A stretch of 64,000 nt of DNA from Mustelus asterias (taxonomy: Eukaryota), in assembly GCF_964213995.1 (NCBI RefSeq), contig NC_135823.1:48980001-49044000 (forward strand). Direction: 5' to 3'. The notes beneath the pieces were generated by a model. It made no database searches and had not been told where the DNA came from. It saw only the letters and a program-made list of their open reading frames with translations. Below, piece after piece: positions 47,985-60,590 of the stretch (its first letter is position 1; every line of letters starts with the position of its first letter). The position numbers were made by a program, and so were the translations under genes.

Positions 47985-50085
47985 ACCGATCGCCAGCGAT
48001 CCGCTCGACACAATGATCCACCCGACACAGCGATCCACTCTGGATGCAGTAATCCACACCATATGCAGTGACCCACTCGGGACACAATGATCAATTCCAT
48101 ATACAGCGATCCACTCCCGATACAGTATTCCACTAGACACAGCGATCCACTCCCGATACAGTAATCCATTAGACACAGCGATCCACTCCCGATACAGTAA
48201 TCCACTAGACACACCGATCCACTCCCGATGCAATAATCAACTCCATATACAGTGATCCACTGCCAACATAGCGACCCCTCCCTGGCACAGTAATCCACCC
48301 GACACAGTGATCCACTCCCGATGCAGTAATCCACTCCATATTCAGTGACCCACTCGGGACACAATGATCAATTCCATATACAGTGATCCACTCCCGATCC
48401 ACTGCCAACATAGCGACCCTTCCCCGACACAGTGATCCACTCCCGACAGAGCTAGCCACTCCACACAGTAATCCACTCCAGATGGTGATCCACTCTCTAC
48501 ACAGCTATCCACCCCACACAGTAATCCACTCCAGATAGTGATCCACTCTCTACACAGCTATCCACCCCACACAGTAATCCACTCCAGACATAATGATCCA
48601 CTCCCGATACAGTAATTAACTCCCTATATAGCAATGCACCCAGACACAGATCCACAACCGACACAGTGATCCACCCTCTATACAGTGACCCACTCCCGAC
48701 ACAGTGATCCACCCTCTATACAGTGACCCACTCCCGACACAGCGATCCATCCGACACAATGGTCCATTCTACACTGCGATCAACTCCCAGCATCATGATC
48801 CATCGACATAACGATTCACTGCTGACACAATGATCTACTTTCTATACAGTGATCCACGTCACACTGCGATCCACTCCGACACGGTTATCCACTCCCGACA
48901 CAATGATCCACTCTCAACACAGTGATTCACCCCACACTGCAATCAGCACCTACACAGCGATCCATTCCCAACATGACGGTCTACTGCACCACAGTGATCC
49001 ACTCCCAATATTTAGATCCGACCGCCACAGCGATCCACTCCCGACACAGAGATCCATCCCAGCATTGCGCCCCACCCGACACCCTATAGAGATCCACGCC
49101 CAACGTCGCGATTAACTCCCTACATAATGATCCACTCCAAGCTTTGTAATCCATCCAAACATTGCGACCCAATCCCGACACAGTAATCCACCCTAAACTG
49201 CGAGCCACCTCGAACACAGTGATATACTCCCTTCAAGGCGACACATTCGACACATTGATCCACTCCAAACACTGCAGCCACATCCTGAACATCGATCCAC
49301 TCTCAACATTGTGGCCCACCATGCAAGGATCCACTCCCTACACAGTGATCTACTCCCTGCCTCCCAATGTATTCAGTGATCTACTCCCTATGCTATTATT
49401 TACATCCTACATATTGATACAGGTCCAACATTACAATCCACCTCTACACCGCGATCCACTCGGTGTACAAGAATCTACTCCCTATACTGCGAGCCACTTC
49501 CAATGTTACAATATTACACCCCAAGGTCAAACTGTGACCCACTTCCTGTGTAACGCAAAGATCCACTTCCCACACCGTGATCCACTCGCTACTCAGTGAC
49601 CTACTTCCAGCATTCACATTGCGACCCACTCCCTACATGTTAAACAGTAAACCACACTCAACTTTCCATATGATCCACTCAATACACTGTGACTCACTCC
49701 CAGCATTACACTCTGATATACCCCGAGTATCACACTGGGATCCGCTTCTAGTTTTGCACAGTAATCAATTCCCAGCATCATGCTGCAATCTACACATAGT
49801 ATCTCACTGTAACCTACTTCCATTTCACACTGTGATCCATTTCCTGCGTTGCGCTGTAATGCCAGCATGACACTGTGATCTACTCACAATATCACACCAT
49901 AATCTACTCCTAGTATCACACAATGGTCCACTTCCAGCGTTGCACTGTAATCCATTCCCAGTATTACTCTGTGATCCTCTCCCAGTGTTACTCTGTGGTC
50001 TGCTCCCAGTGTTACTCTGTGACTCACTCCCAATATTATTCTGTGATCCTCTCCCAGTGTTCCTTACTCTGTGACCCACTCCCAG
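47985..50085 (+). repeat. Degenerate minisatellite, ~19-bp unit ACACAGTGATCCACTCCCG, about 2.1 kb
   Basis: Recurrent GATCCACTCCC every 17-21 nt; local higher-order units such as a 36-bp dimer x3 at about 48100-48215. Confidence 0.9.
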
Positions 50086-50699
50086 AATTTGCTAAGTATA
50101 TTTTTATATGTTGATAATTTCCTAGGCTTTGATTCATGGTGTTGAAGTTCAGTTCTCTAGTATTAATCTGCTGCAAATTCTGTGGGATTATCAATGGCTT
50201 GTCCTGTGGGGTATATGCATTTACTTCAGTGAAGCGTTTGACGATGTTGCATGATATTGTATTTTGCTGCCTGTTCTGATCCACTAACCCACGTGTGTGT
50301 TATTTTAGTCTCCATTGAACTTCATAATCTCCACCCCCCCCCCCCTGCCGTGTGCAGTGCCATAATCTGACCAGATAACTGGATAGTAATGAAGTAGGGT
50401 TTGAGTGTAGTGTGTATGGAGAGTAGGGATGATGAACACACTCCCATATAGTTTACAGCTAGCTCTCCAGTCCTGTGCCTCCCCCTTGCTCATTTGTCAG
50501 CTCAGCCATAATCTGTCAGCTGAAACACTACTTCTCACTCTACGTCCAATTCCATCTACATCCAACATTTACACATTTGCATTTTCCCTGCAAGAATTGT
50601 TGGAACAAGAACAGGATTCCCAGCTGATTGGATTTCTCCACCCCCACCCCCCCCACCTCCTAAGTTCCCTCCCTGCCTTTGTTTTCCCATCTTTCCTTG

Positions 50700-51125
50700 A
50701 GGTCCTCCATCCCTGAGTACCCACTGCCCACCCCCAAGTACCCCCTTCCTAAATTCCCCCACTCCCTGGGTTTCCCCTCTCCCTGAGATTCCCACTTCCC
50801 AAATTCCTCTTCTCTCTCCAAATTCTCCTCTCCCCGAGTTCCCCTTCTCCCTGAGGTTCCTCTCTCCCTGAGCTCCTCCTCTCCCTGAGGTCCCCCTCTC
50901 TCCGAGTTCCCCCTCTCCCAAAGGTCCCCCTTTCCCCGAGCTCCCCCTCTCTTCGAGCTCCCCCTCTCTCCAAGCTCCCCTTCTCCCTGAGGTTCCTCTC
51001 TCCCTGAGCTCCTCCTCAGAGGTCCCCCTCTCTCCGAGTTCCCCCTCTCTCTGTATTCTTTCTCTACCGGAGTTCGCTCTCTGCCTGAGTTTCCCCTTCT
51101 GCCTGAGTTTCCCCTTTTCCTGAGT
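50700..51125 (+). repeat. Pyrimidine-rich tandem repeat (~19-20 bp, CCTGAGTTCCCCCTCTCT-like)
   Basis: Repeated GAG(T/C/G)TCCCC(C)TCTCTCC units with strong strand asymmetry. Confidence 0.85.
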
Positions 51126-51464
51126 TCTGTAGTTTAGACATACTGAGGTAGTTGTAACAGCCAGGCTATGATTAGCAGTATAGAGAATCTGCTGGTCTGT
51201 TTGACTCAGTATCACACTGAGCAGTGCATCAGGAATAAATTAGTTAACAACCAAAATAAAGTTGGGCAGGCATTGGATGCACTTTTTTGTTGTCCTCAAA
51301 AAGTCCTTTTAGCTTTTGGACATTTTAAAAATGATTTTCATGCCGGTTAACTGGAGAACTTGTGATACACAGTCTGTGAAAACTGGTAACACCCAACAGG
51401 GGTGTCATAGCAGAGAGAGGAGTTATTGTGTGTGACTGAACAAGCTGGGGCTCTTCTCTCTCGA

Positions 51465-51850
51465 GTGGGTGACCTGATAAAAGCCTTCCAAATTATGTGG
51501 GGATTTGTTTTGCTGGATGGAGGAGGGATATTTCCACTTGTGGGGGGGAGTCTAAAACTAGGGCTCATCAATATAAGTAATAAATTCAGTCAGGAATTCA
51601 GAAGAAATTTCTTCACCCAGAGAGTGATGAAAATGTGAAACTCGCCACCACATGGAGTGGTTGAGGTGAATTATACAGATACTTTTAAGAAGCAGTTGAA
51701 GAAACACATGCAGGGAAAAGGAATAGAAGGATATGTTGCTCAGGTGAGATGAAGAGGGTTAGGAGGAGGCTTGTGTGGAGCATAAACACTGGCATGGACC
51801 AGTTGGGCTGAATGGCTAGTTTTATGCTGTAAATACTTTGTAATTCTATG
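51465..51850 (+). mobile_element. CR1 LINE 3' end
   Basis: GDLIKAFQIM..FRRNFFTQRV motif. Confidence 0.65.
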
Positions 51851-53634
51851 AAGATCTGCAATAGGTTGTTGGTGGGATATGTGAGTGAGGGCAAGTCCAG
51901 CATACTTCATATTGAATATGATTCTCACAACTGCCTGTACTTTGGCTTGTGTTAAATTAGCTTCCCATTGGCTGCTACTGCATCGCACCGAACATAAATT
52001 TCCCAGCCCCATACCCAGCACCTGCTGATCTCTGCAGAGCAGATACTGAGGCACTGAACATGGCCTCAACTTGGGGTTAGAACCATAAAACCCCTACTGT
52101 GCAGGAGGCCATTCAGCCATTCATCGAATCTGCACCAACTCAGAATCTTACCCAAGCCCACACCCTCGCTTGCCTGATCCCCGTAACCCCTAATTCCCCT
52201 AACCTACACAATTTGGGACACGAAGGGACATTTTAGCATGGCCAATCCACCTAACCTGTTCATCTTTGGATTGTAGGGGTTGTAGGGGACAGGGCAGGGA
52301 ACATTGAACCCAGGACTCTGCTTTGGTCTGCTATCCCTACGGCAAAGTGCGCATGTGTGAATAGGTCAAGCTTGACCATGATGCCTGTCTTGGTGAAACA
52401 TCTTAGCATCATTATTGACTCACTGTCAGTGACCACATAAGGAGTGACCATTTCTGTTGTGTCAAGGTCATGGAGATGGTGCAGAGGAGATTTACTAGAA
52501 CGGTATTAGGCAGTTAAAGTACTTGAGAATGGCCTGAGGTTGTGGACCCACTATAGAAATGCACATATTTCTTTCTATTTCCAAAGTATTTTACAGACAA
52601 TGAAGTACTTTTGAAATGTAATCACTGTTACAATGTGGGCAACACAGTAGCCAATCTGGGCCCAGCAAGATCCTACAACCTTTTAACAACTAGATGGTTT
52701 GGGGATGCTGGCTGAGGGGTGAATGTTGGCCAGGACACCGGGTGAACTCCTCTTCATGGAGTGGCTCACTTTCTGTATTAGTGGAGACTTGTTCAAATTT
52801 TGGGGTTTAATGTTGGGCGAGGGGAGAGGGGGGGGTGAGTTTTTTCATATGTGGTTGTGTTGTTGGCATCTGTGCTTATGTCAGGTTCAGTGAACCAGCA
52901 GTTCAACAATGAAGTGCAGTAGTAAAATGGTTAAAGCACATCTTTTCAATGAAGAGCACTGGCAAATGTACAAAGCTGCTCTATCCAGGCAGCCATAGTT
53001 TGCTGCATTCCTGGGGTGGGAGCCAGCAGGCCTGTGTCTACACACAGGAGCTGAAGGCAATGTTAACTGTGTACAGATTGCAACAATCCTGCAGCATGGA
53101 TTAGAGAAAAAACTTCCAACTATTTTGAAAAGCAAAATTACTGAGTGGACTACTAGTCAGAATTACTGCTCCTAATTATCAGTCTGTTAACTACTTCTTG
53201 AATATAGATGTTAAGTGGGTTATGTTTGTGATTCCTCCCACAGCCAAATAGTCAGTGGACCAATTGTCTGGACTGACCTACAGAAGATGGTTCCATGGTC
53301 AAGTGCAGATGGTCTTTGTGCCTATGGAGCCATGGCATGAGATGTCACTGTCAGAAAGGCTGGGGAGCAATAGTTATTTAAGGATGTAAAGACATTTTTT
53401 AAGGATGTGGGCAGAGATGAAATGATTGAATCAGGCTATCCCCTCCCCCCTCCCCCACGCCCCCACCCCTCACACACACACACACACACATCAAGGTGGT
53501 CTGTGTTAGTGGCAGTGGCTGGCATGGCTGATGATCATGATGTGGAGATGCCGGCGTTGGACTGGGGTAAACACAGTAAGAAGTTTAACAGCACCAGGTT
53601 AAAGTCCAACAGGTTTATTTGGTAGCAAAAGCCA

Positions 53635-53671
53635 CACAAGCTTTCGGAGCTGCAAGCCCCTTCTTCAGGTG
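53635..53671 (-). ncRNA. Minimal hammerhead motif (left arm)
   Basis: Reverse complement of cac-CUGAAGA-A-GGGGC(uugca)GCUCC-GAAA-GC-UU-gug. Confidence 0.78.
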
Positions 53672-54141
53672 AGTGGGAATTCTGTTCACAAACAGAGCAT
53701 ATAAAGACACAGACTCAATTTACATGAATAATGGTTGGAATGCGAATACTTACAACTAATCAAGTCTTTAAGAAACAAAACAATGTGAGTGGAGAGAGCA
53801 TCAAGACAGGCTAAAAAGATGTGTATTGTCTCCAGACAAGACAGCCAGCGAAACTCTGTGGGGGTTACAGATAGTGTGACATGAACCCAATATCCCGGTT
53901 GAGGCCGTCCTCAACCGGGATATTGGGTTCATGTCACACTATCTGTAACCCCCACAGAGTTTCACTGGCTGTCTTGTCTGGAGACAATACACATCTTTTT
54001 AGCCTGTCTTGATGCTCTCTCTACTCACATTGTTTTGTTTCTTAAAGACTTGATTAGTTGTAAGTATTCGCATTCCAACCATTATTCATGTAAATTGAGT
54101 CTGTGTCTTTATATGCTCTGTTTGTGAACAGAATTCCCACT

Positions 54142-54178
54142 CACCTGAAGAAGGGGCTTGCAGCTCCGAAAGCTTGTG
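54142..54178 (+). ncRNA. Minimal hammerhead motif (right arm)
   Basis: cac-CUGAAGA-A-GGGGC(uugca)GCUCC-GAAA-GC-UU-gug. Confidence 0.78.
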
Positions 54179-54379
54179 TGGCTTTTGCTACCAAATAAAC
54201 CTGTTGGACTTTAACCTGGTGTTGTTAAACTTCTTACTATGGCTGATGATCACAGATTACTCACTTGTAGAAAGTAAAATCTCCAAATTGAATACAGAAC
54301 ATTTCCCAAGCTATTGCTCACAGTGGATTGGAGGAGATGGCAGAAGCTACACAGGAAGTTGCCATTTGGTTGCTTGAAC

Positions 54380-56035
54380 CTTCTCTGCTATCGTATGATC
54401 CCTCAACTTTCTTTATCTGCCTTTACTCAATATCCTTGATACTGTTATCCAACAAAATCTGTCAAACTTTGTCTTGAAAAGTTCAATTGACCTAAAACCT
54501 TTTCAGGAGTGAATTCCAGATTTCCACCACCCCGTGCATGGTAAAAGTGCTTTCTGATTTAAGCCCTGAGTGACCTAGCTCTAATGTCAAAATCACACCT
54601 ACCTCCTTATTCTGGACTGTCTCGCAAAAGGAAATTGTTTTTTCTGTATCAGTATTATTGAATCATTTTCACATTTGAAACACTTGATGTAGATCACCCC
54701 TCAAACTTCTAAACTCAAGGGAATCCAAACTAAGATTGTACAACTGTCCTCATCATCTAAACCTTTAAATCTTGGTCACATTCTAGTGAATCTGCCCTTT
54801 ATCCTCTCCAGGGCCAATATATTATTCCTAAATTGAAGCATCCAGAAATGAAAGCAGTCATTCCCAGACTGATCAAAGAGTCTGTGTACTTGAGGGTCTG
54901 ACCAAGGTCCTGTATAACTAAAGCATCATCCTTCACATTCCCCATGACTATAAAGTATATAATGTGTGATAGTGAAGTGAACAGATAATGGTGTTTCTTG
55001 ATTTGCTCAGTGGTTCAGTGAGGATTTTAGGGGAGTATGCCAGGAACATAGGAGCACAGGACCTAGGAGCATGAGGAGGCCTTTCGGCCCTTCAAACCTG
55101 TTCTGCTATTCAAGATCATGGCTGATCTAATTGCAGCCTTAATTCCACTTTCCTGTCTGCCCCCCTTAACTCTCGATTCCTTTGTCTATCAAAAATCTAT
55201 CTAATCAACCTTGAATAATTTGGGCCAATCTCCACTGCTTTCTGGGTAACAGAAATCCACAGAATAACAATCCATTGAGAGAAAAAAATTCTCCTCATCT
55301 CTGTCGTAAAAGGGAGACCTTAAACTATGTCCTCTAGTTCCAAGTCTCCCCCACATGAGGAAACATCTCCACAGTATCCAGCCAATCAAATCCACTCATG
55401 ATCTTATATGTTTCAATAAGATCACCCCTCATTCTTCTAGACTCCAATTGGTATCTTCATAAGATAAACCAGGAATGATTGAAGTTATTTATTTACTTTT
55501 TCTTTCATGGGATGTGGATGTCACTGGCAAGGCCAGCATTTGTTGCTAATCCCTAATTGCCCCTGAACTGAGTGACTTGCTGGGCCATTTCAGAGGGGCA
55601 GTGATGAGTCAACCACATTTCTGTGGATCTGGAGTCACATGTAGGCCAGATGGCAGATTTCCTTCCTTAAATGGGAATTATTGAACCAAATGGGTTTTCA
55701 TGACAGTCAATGATAGTTTCATGGTTACCATTACTGACATTGGCTTTCAATTGTAGGATTTATTTATTAAATTTAAATTCCACTATATACCATGGTGGGA
55801 TCTGAACCTGAGTCCCCAGATCATTAGCCTAGGCCCTGGATTGCTAGTCCAGAGACATTACTACCATGCCACTATGCCAGCTGTGCACAGTGCTTCAGTC
55901 TCACCAAGGCCCTGTACAGCTGCAGTAAAACCTCCTTACTTTTATATTCCATACCCCTTGCAATAAACATTCTACTTGCTGTATCTGCATACTAACTTTT
56001 TGTGATTCATGTATTAGGGCACCCAAATCCCTAGG
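54380..56035 (-). mobile_element. Stacked degenerate CR1 3' fragments with a nested LINE-tailed SINE (about 55497-55875)
   Basis: Two CR1 reverse-complement 3' regions (AGATCACCCCTCA, GGAGGCCxTTCGGCCC) plus the SINE reverse complement. Confidence 0.55.
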
Positions 56036-56039
56036 TAGC

Positions 56040-58047
56040 AGTGCCAGGCATATCTAAAAATGAGGTGCCATCCTGGTGAGGTTACAAATGGGAATAGTTG
56101 AAAGTTGATGTGCAGAGGCAGCATATTGTTGGCAGAACTAAGAATCTCATCAGATCAGAGCAATCCTGCCTCATTCAATTGTGAATGATGGTGGACAATT
56201 AAACCACTAATCAGTGGAAGCTCCACAAAGAACTCCATGTTCAATGATAGGGGAGCCCAGCACGTTAATGAAAAAGACAAGGTTGAAGTATTACAATCTT
56301 CTTCACCCAGAAGTGTTCAGTGGAAGATCCATCTTGGTCTTCTCCTGAGATCCTCAGTGTTACAGATGCCAGTCTTCAGCAATTTTGGTTTACTTTCTGT
56401 GATATCAAGAAATTGCTGTATTCACTGGATGCAGCAAACACCTCAGGCCATGACAACATTCCTGCTGTAATACTGAAGACTGGTGCTCCAGACCTAGGGC
56501 AACACAAGCCAAACTGTTCCACTACAGCTACTACACAGGCGTCCTCCCAGCAATGTTGAAAATTATCCGGGTATGTTCTCTCCAGGGATTTCAGGACAAG
56601 CTCAATCTGGCCATTTCCTGTTCCATCAGTCAACTTTTGATCTTCAGCAAAGGAAGGTGTCATTGTCAGTGCTATCAAGCGGCACTAACACAGCATCAAC
56701 CTGCTGTCCAATGCACAGTTTGAGTTCCACCAGGGCCACACGGCTCCATACCTTACTACAGACTTGGTCCACACATGGACAAAAGAGCTAAATTCCGAGG
56801 TGAGACCCAGGCGAACGGTGTGTGGTGACTAGGGGATTTTCACATTAAATTAATTGCAGTGTTAATGTAAGCCGACTTGTGACACTAATAAATAAACTTT
56901 TAAAACTTTAAATTTTAACTTTAAGGATGAGGTGAGTGACCACCCTTGACATCAAGGCAGCATTGAACTCCTTTTGGCATCAAGGAGCCTGAACTGAAGT
57001 CAATGGGAATCAGGTGTCAACTCTCCAATGGTTGGAGTCCTACCTAGTACAAAGGAATATGGTTGTGGTTGTTGGAGGCCAATCGTCTCAGTCTCAGGAC
57101 GTTGCTGCAGGAGATCCTCAGGGTAGTGTCCTTCGCCCAACCAACTTTAGCTACTGCTTCATCAAGACCTTACTTTCGCCATAAAGTCAGAAGTTGGGGT
57201 GTTTGCAGGTGATTGCACAAGGTCCAATACCGTTCACAATGTGTCTGATATTCAAGCAGTCTGTGCTCACATGCAGCAAGCCTGAATTAAATTCAGACTT
57301 CGGAGTCCCAGGCAATTACCATCTCGAACAAGAGATAATCTAACCATCTCCCCATGATCTTCAATGACATTACCATTGCTGAATCCCCATTTTCAACATC
57401 CTAGAATCACCATTGATCAGAAACTTAGCTGAACCAGGCACATAAATACTGTGACTTCATAAGCTAATTAAAAGCTGTGAATTCCATGGACAGCAACTCA
57501 CCTCCCAATTCCCCAGAACCTGTTGATCATCTACAAGGAACAGGTCAGGAATGTGATGGAATATACTCCACTTGCCTGGATGACTGCAGCTTCAGCATCA
57601 TTCAACAAGCTCAAGGTCATCCAGGGCAAAGCAGCCGGCTTGATTGGTACTGCAGCCACCACCTTAAACAGTCACTCTCTCCACTACCAGTGCATGCTAG
57701 CAGCAGCAGTGTGTACCATCTACAAGATGCACTGCAGCAATTTGCCAAGACTCCTTCAACAATACTTCCCAAGACCCCTACTACCTATCAGGACATGGGC
57801 TGCAGAGATGTACGGGAACATGCCCACCTCCAACTTTCCCTTCAAGCCACTCACCATCCTGACTTGAAACTATATCACTGCTGCTGGATCAAAAACCTGT
57901 AACTCCCTCCCTATTCTGTATGTGCCTTACACCAGACTGACCGCAAGCAGTTCAAGAAAGCTGCTCACCTCCTCAAGGGTGATTAGGGGTGGGGAGTAAA
58001 TGCTGGCCTAGCCAGCGACACTCACACCCTGTGAATGAAAAGAAAAC
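56040..58047 (+). mobile_element. Older copy of the 39.4-42.2 kb LINE family
   Basis: GHDNIPAVILKTGAPDL, IYKEQVRNVMEYTPLAW and LTILT motifs with the shared tail; small nested insert at about 56805-56925. Confidence 0.75.
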
Positions 58048-59005
58048 ACAGCTGCTTTGCACCATGTCATTGGTCTTTGCACAATGGTCAAATGTAGCTG
58101 TGGCCTTGTCATTTTAACACAACAAGACCTGATTATTGTAAGTAGGAATGCTAAGGTCAGTTAGAGATGAATTGCTGCTTGACCAGACTGGGTCAAGTCT
58201 GCAGAATGGGAAATGGTTGAAGATTTCTGATACTAGTGTTGTCCGGTACATTAATTATTAGCCATTTGTGGCTGGTTGGAAATCCAGATGTGGAAATTTG
58301 CATTTCTGATCAGTAAATAATGAATGAGCAACGAACACCAGAATCTCAATCTTCATTCACACAGCGTATGCATGTGAACTTTAACCTTTCTGTGTGTTTG
58401 TTGGTAAAAAGGTGAGACAAAAAGCAGAGAGTGGAAGTATATTTGATTGTTGTGGCTGCTTTACTTCCTCGGTCACTGACTGGTGGCAGATGTTTGCTGA
58501 ATAAATGTTCACATGTGAGCAACTTTCCCTCCTTCGTGTGTGAGGGATTTTTTACAAAATTAATGCCTATGTTTAAAGTGATATCATTGCAGCAACACCT
58601 GGGGCCAGTCAGTGATTTCTATTGAACAACAAACATTTACATTGCATTTATCTTTTTTACACTTTTGATATTTTGAACTAAGTCTCAAAATTTGATACTT
58701 GCAGATCCCCCCACTGACATTGCTCATCAGATTGTGTGCTTATACACACGGGAGCATCATTTATTAATATGGAATGTATAATGTACTGTGCTGCTAAAGA
58801 GTTCATCTTTTAAGGCCACCAAGTACGATTGCTGTTAAGTAAGCGCTGTGCAACGCCAGTGTTAAAGGAGGAAAGAATTTATATAGCATCTTATACAAAG
58901 CTTCACATCAGAGGAATTGTTTTTTGAAAGGCATTCACTGTTATTATGTGGCCAATGTGTACACAGCAAGATCTCACAAAAGGCAAATGAAATGAATGGA
59001 TAGAG

Positions 59006-59925
59006 CAGGGTTTCCCAAACATTTCCAGCCATGGGACCCTTTTGACTTCCCAAGAGCATTGATGAAACTAATGAGAAACATTCTTATTGTGTTGGAGAGC
59101 CAAACCACAAAAAAGATTGTTTTCGCACAATACACACAAACATACAAAAACCTACTTTGTAGAACTTTTTTCTGTTTCTTATATGTATATGTTTATTATA
59201 ATTGTACTTAGGTCTTACCTTTTTGTCACTTTTAACAGGAGGGGTGTCCCTGCTCCTTTGGTTCAAATGAGAAGAGTGCAGCTGAAATGCTGGATTCTCA
59301 TGTTGGACTCATACACACACACACTCTCTCACTTCCCTTTCACACACACAAATTCACGTGCACAGACTCACAGTTACATATACTCACTCTCACCTCTGTC
59401 TCACACAACTCTTTCTCACACACACAAAAATCACCTCTCTCTCCCTTTCTATCACACACACATTCGTCTCACATACAGGGTCTCATCTCTCTCTCTCACA
59501 CACAACACTCATCTCTCACTCAGACATGCACACAAACACTCATCTCTCACTCAGACACGCACACAGTTACCTTTCTCCCTCTATCTCTCACACACTACAC
59601 TTACTACTCTCATATACACTCACACTCACTGTTTGCCCTCTCACACACAAATAAATAAGCGCACTCACCTCTCTCTCACACACACGCAAACCCTCAGCCC
59701 TTTTTCTCACATACCAGTGATTCCCATTCATCCTACACCCTGACCCTCACACCGTTTTCCCCCTTGGCACCCTCTCTGAGGCCCACTCACCTTCTCACTC
59801 CTTGTCTGAGGCCCCTGATTGGGCAAGCAGCTTCATAAAGTTTTTCAAATATTATAGATCAGCCTGGCCTGCCTCGAAACCCCTGCGAGTCTGGGGCTCC
59901 ATGGAACCTAGTTTGAGAACCCCTA
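59006..59925. mobile_element. hAT-like non-autonomous DNA element with internal CA/CT low-complexity tract
   Basis: Imperfect TIRs CAGGGTTTCCCAAAC and GTTTGAGAACCCCT; tract at about 59310-59690; TSD not clear. Confidence 0.5.
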
Positions 59926-60339
59926 GGACAAGAGCCATGGACTTCTCACAACCATCTGTGAGGGCAGTTGGGTTGGTGTTTTAATTTCCAGCTGTGTTTG
60001 ATGCTGTTCACACATGGCAGTACATTGATGAATTGACCTTCCAAGAGCAAGATTTTAAAAAGCACAATAATGACCAACGTACCCTTTTTGGAACGCACAG
60101 GCTATTCATTTAAGTTTGCAGTCCCTTTAATTCTTTTTGTGAGGCTGTGCCTTAATGGGGGCAACCTGTCCCAGCCCGCGCAGGGACTTTCAGGTTTCCC
60201 CACATCCAATGTGGCTGGAATTTTACTGGCACGCCCGCCTGATTCCGGGAGTGGGCAAGGCTCGGAGAACGGCATTCTCCATTGGCCTCGGGATCGTACA
60301 AACTTCGAGCGGACGTGCCAGTAAAATTCCGCCCTGTGT

Positions 60340-60590
60340 CTTTTATTTCAAAGAAGAGCAGGCAATCTTTCCCAAATGTCCTGGTCAAAATTTATCACTC
60401 AGTGAACATGTAAAAGCTGATCATCTGGTCATTATCATATTACTGTTTGTGGGAGCTTGCTGTGTGCAAATTGGCTGCTGTCTTTCCTACATTACAACAG
60501 TGAATGCACTTCAAAAAGTGCATTCTTAATTGGCCTTAAAGCGCTCTGCGTCATCCTGAGATTGTGAAAGTGCCACAGAAATATAAGTTT
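60340..60590 (+). mobile_element. Deu-domain SINE 3' half
   Basis: GAAGAGCAGG..TGTCCTGG..TTTGTGGGAGCTTGCTGTGTGCAAATTGGCTGC as at 575-1020. Confidence 0.6.

Larger units (their letters stand above)
53538..54238. mobile_element. Penelope-like element copy D: fold-back palindrome of two pLTRs
   Basis: Arms 53575-53904 and 53909-54238 are reverse complements around a CCGT loop; perfect 14-bp TSD ATGGCTGATGATCA at 53524-53537 and 54239-54252. Confidence 0.93.

Noticed and set aside
47694-49870. Repetitive ORFs (YREWIAVS, VDYCIGSGSL and similar)
   Set aside because: Translations of the minisatellite in several frames, with no domain or splice support.
47985-50085. CRISPR-like appearance of regularly spaced repeats (also 61322-61605 and 624-718)
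   Set aside because: Units are contiguous degenerate tandem copies without unique spacers, there are no cas genes, and the context is a vertebrate genome.
50556-51215. 219-aa Gly/Glu/Arg-rich ORF
   Set aside because: By-product of a purine-rich tandem repeat that lacks stop codons.
59087-59743. 218-aa His/Thr/Leu/Ser-rich ORF
   Set aside because: CA/CT low-complexity tract that is open in multiple frames.
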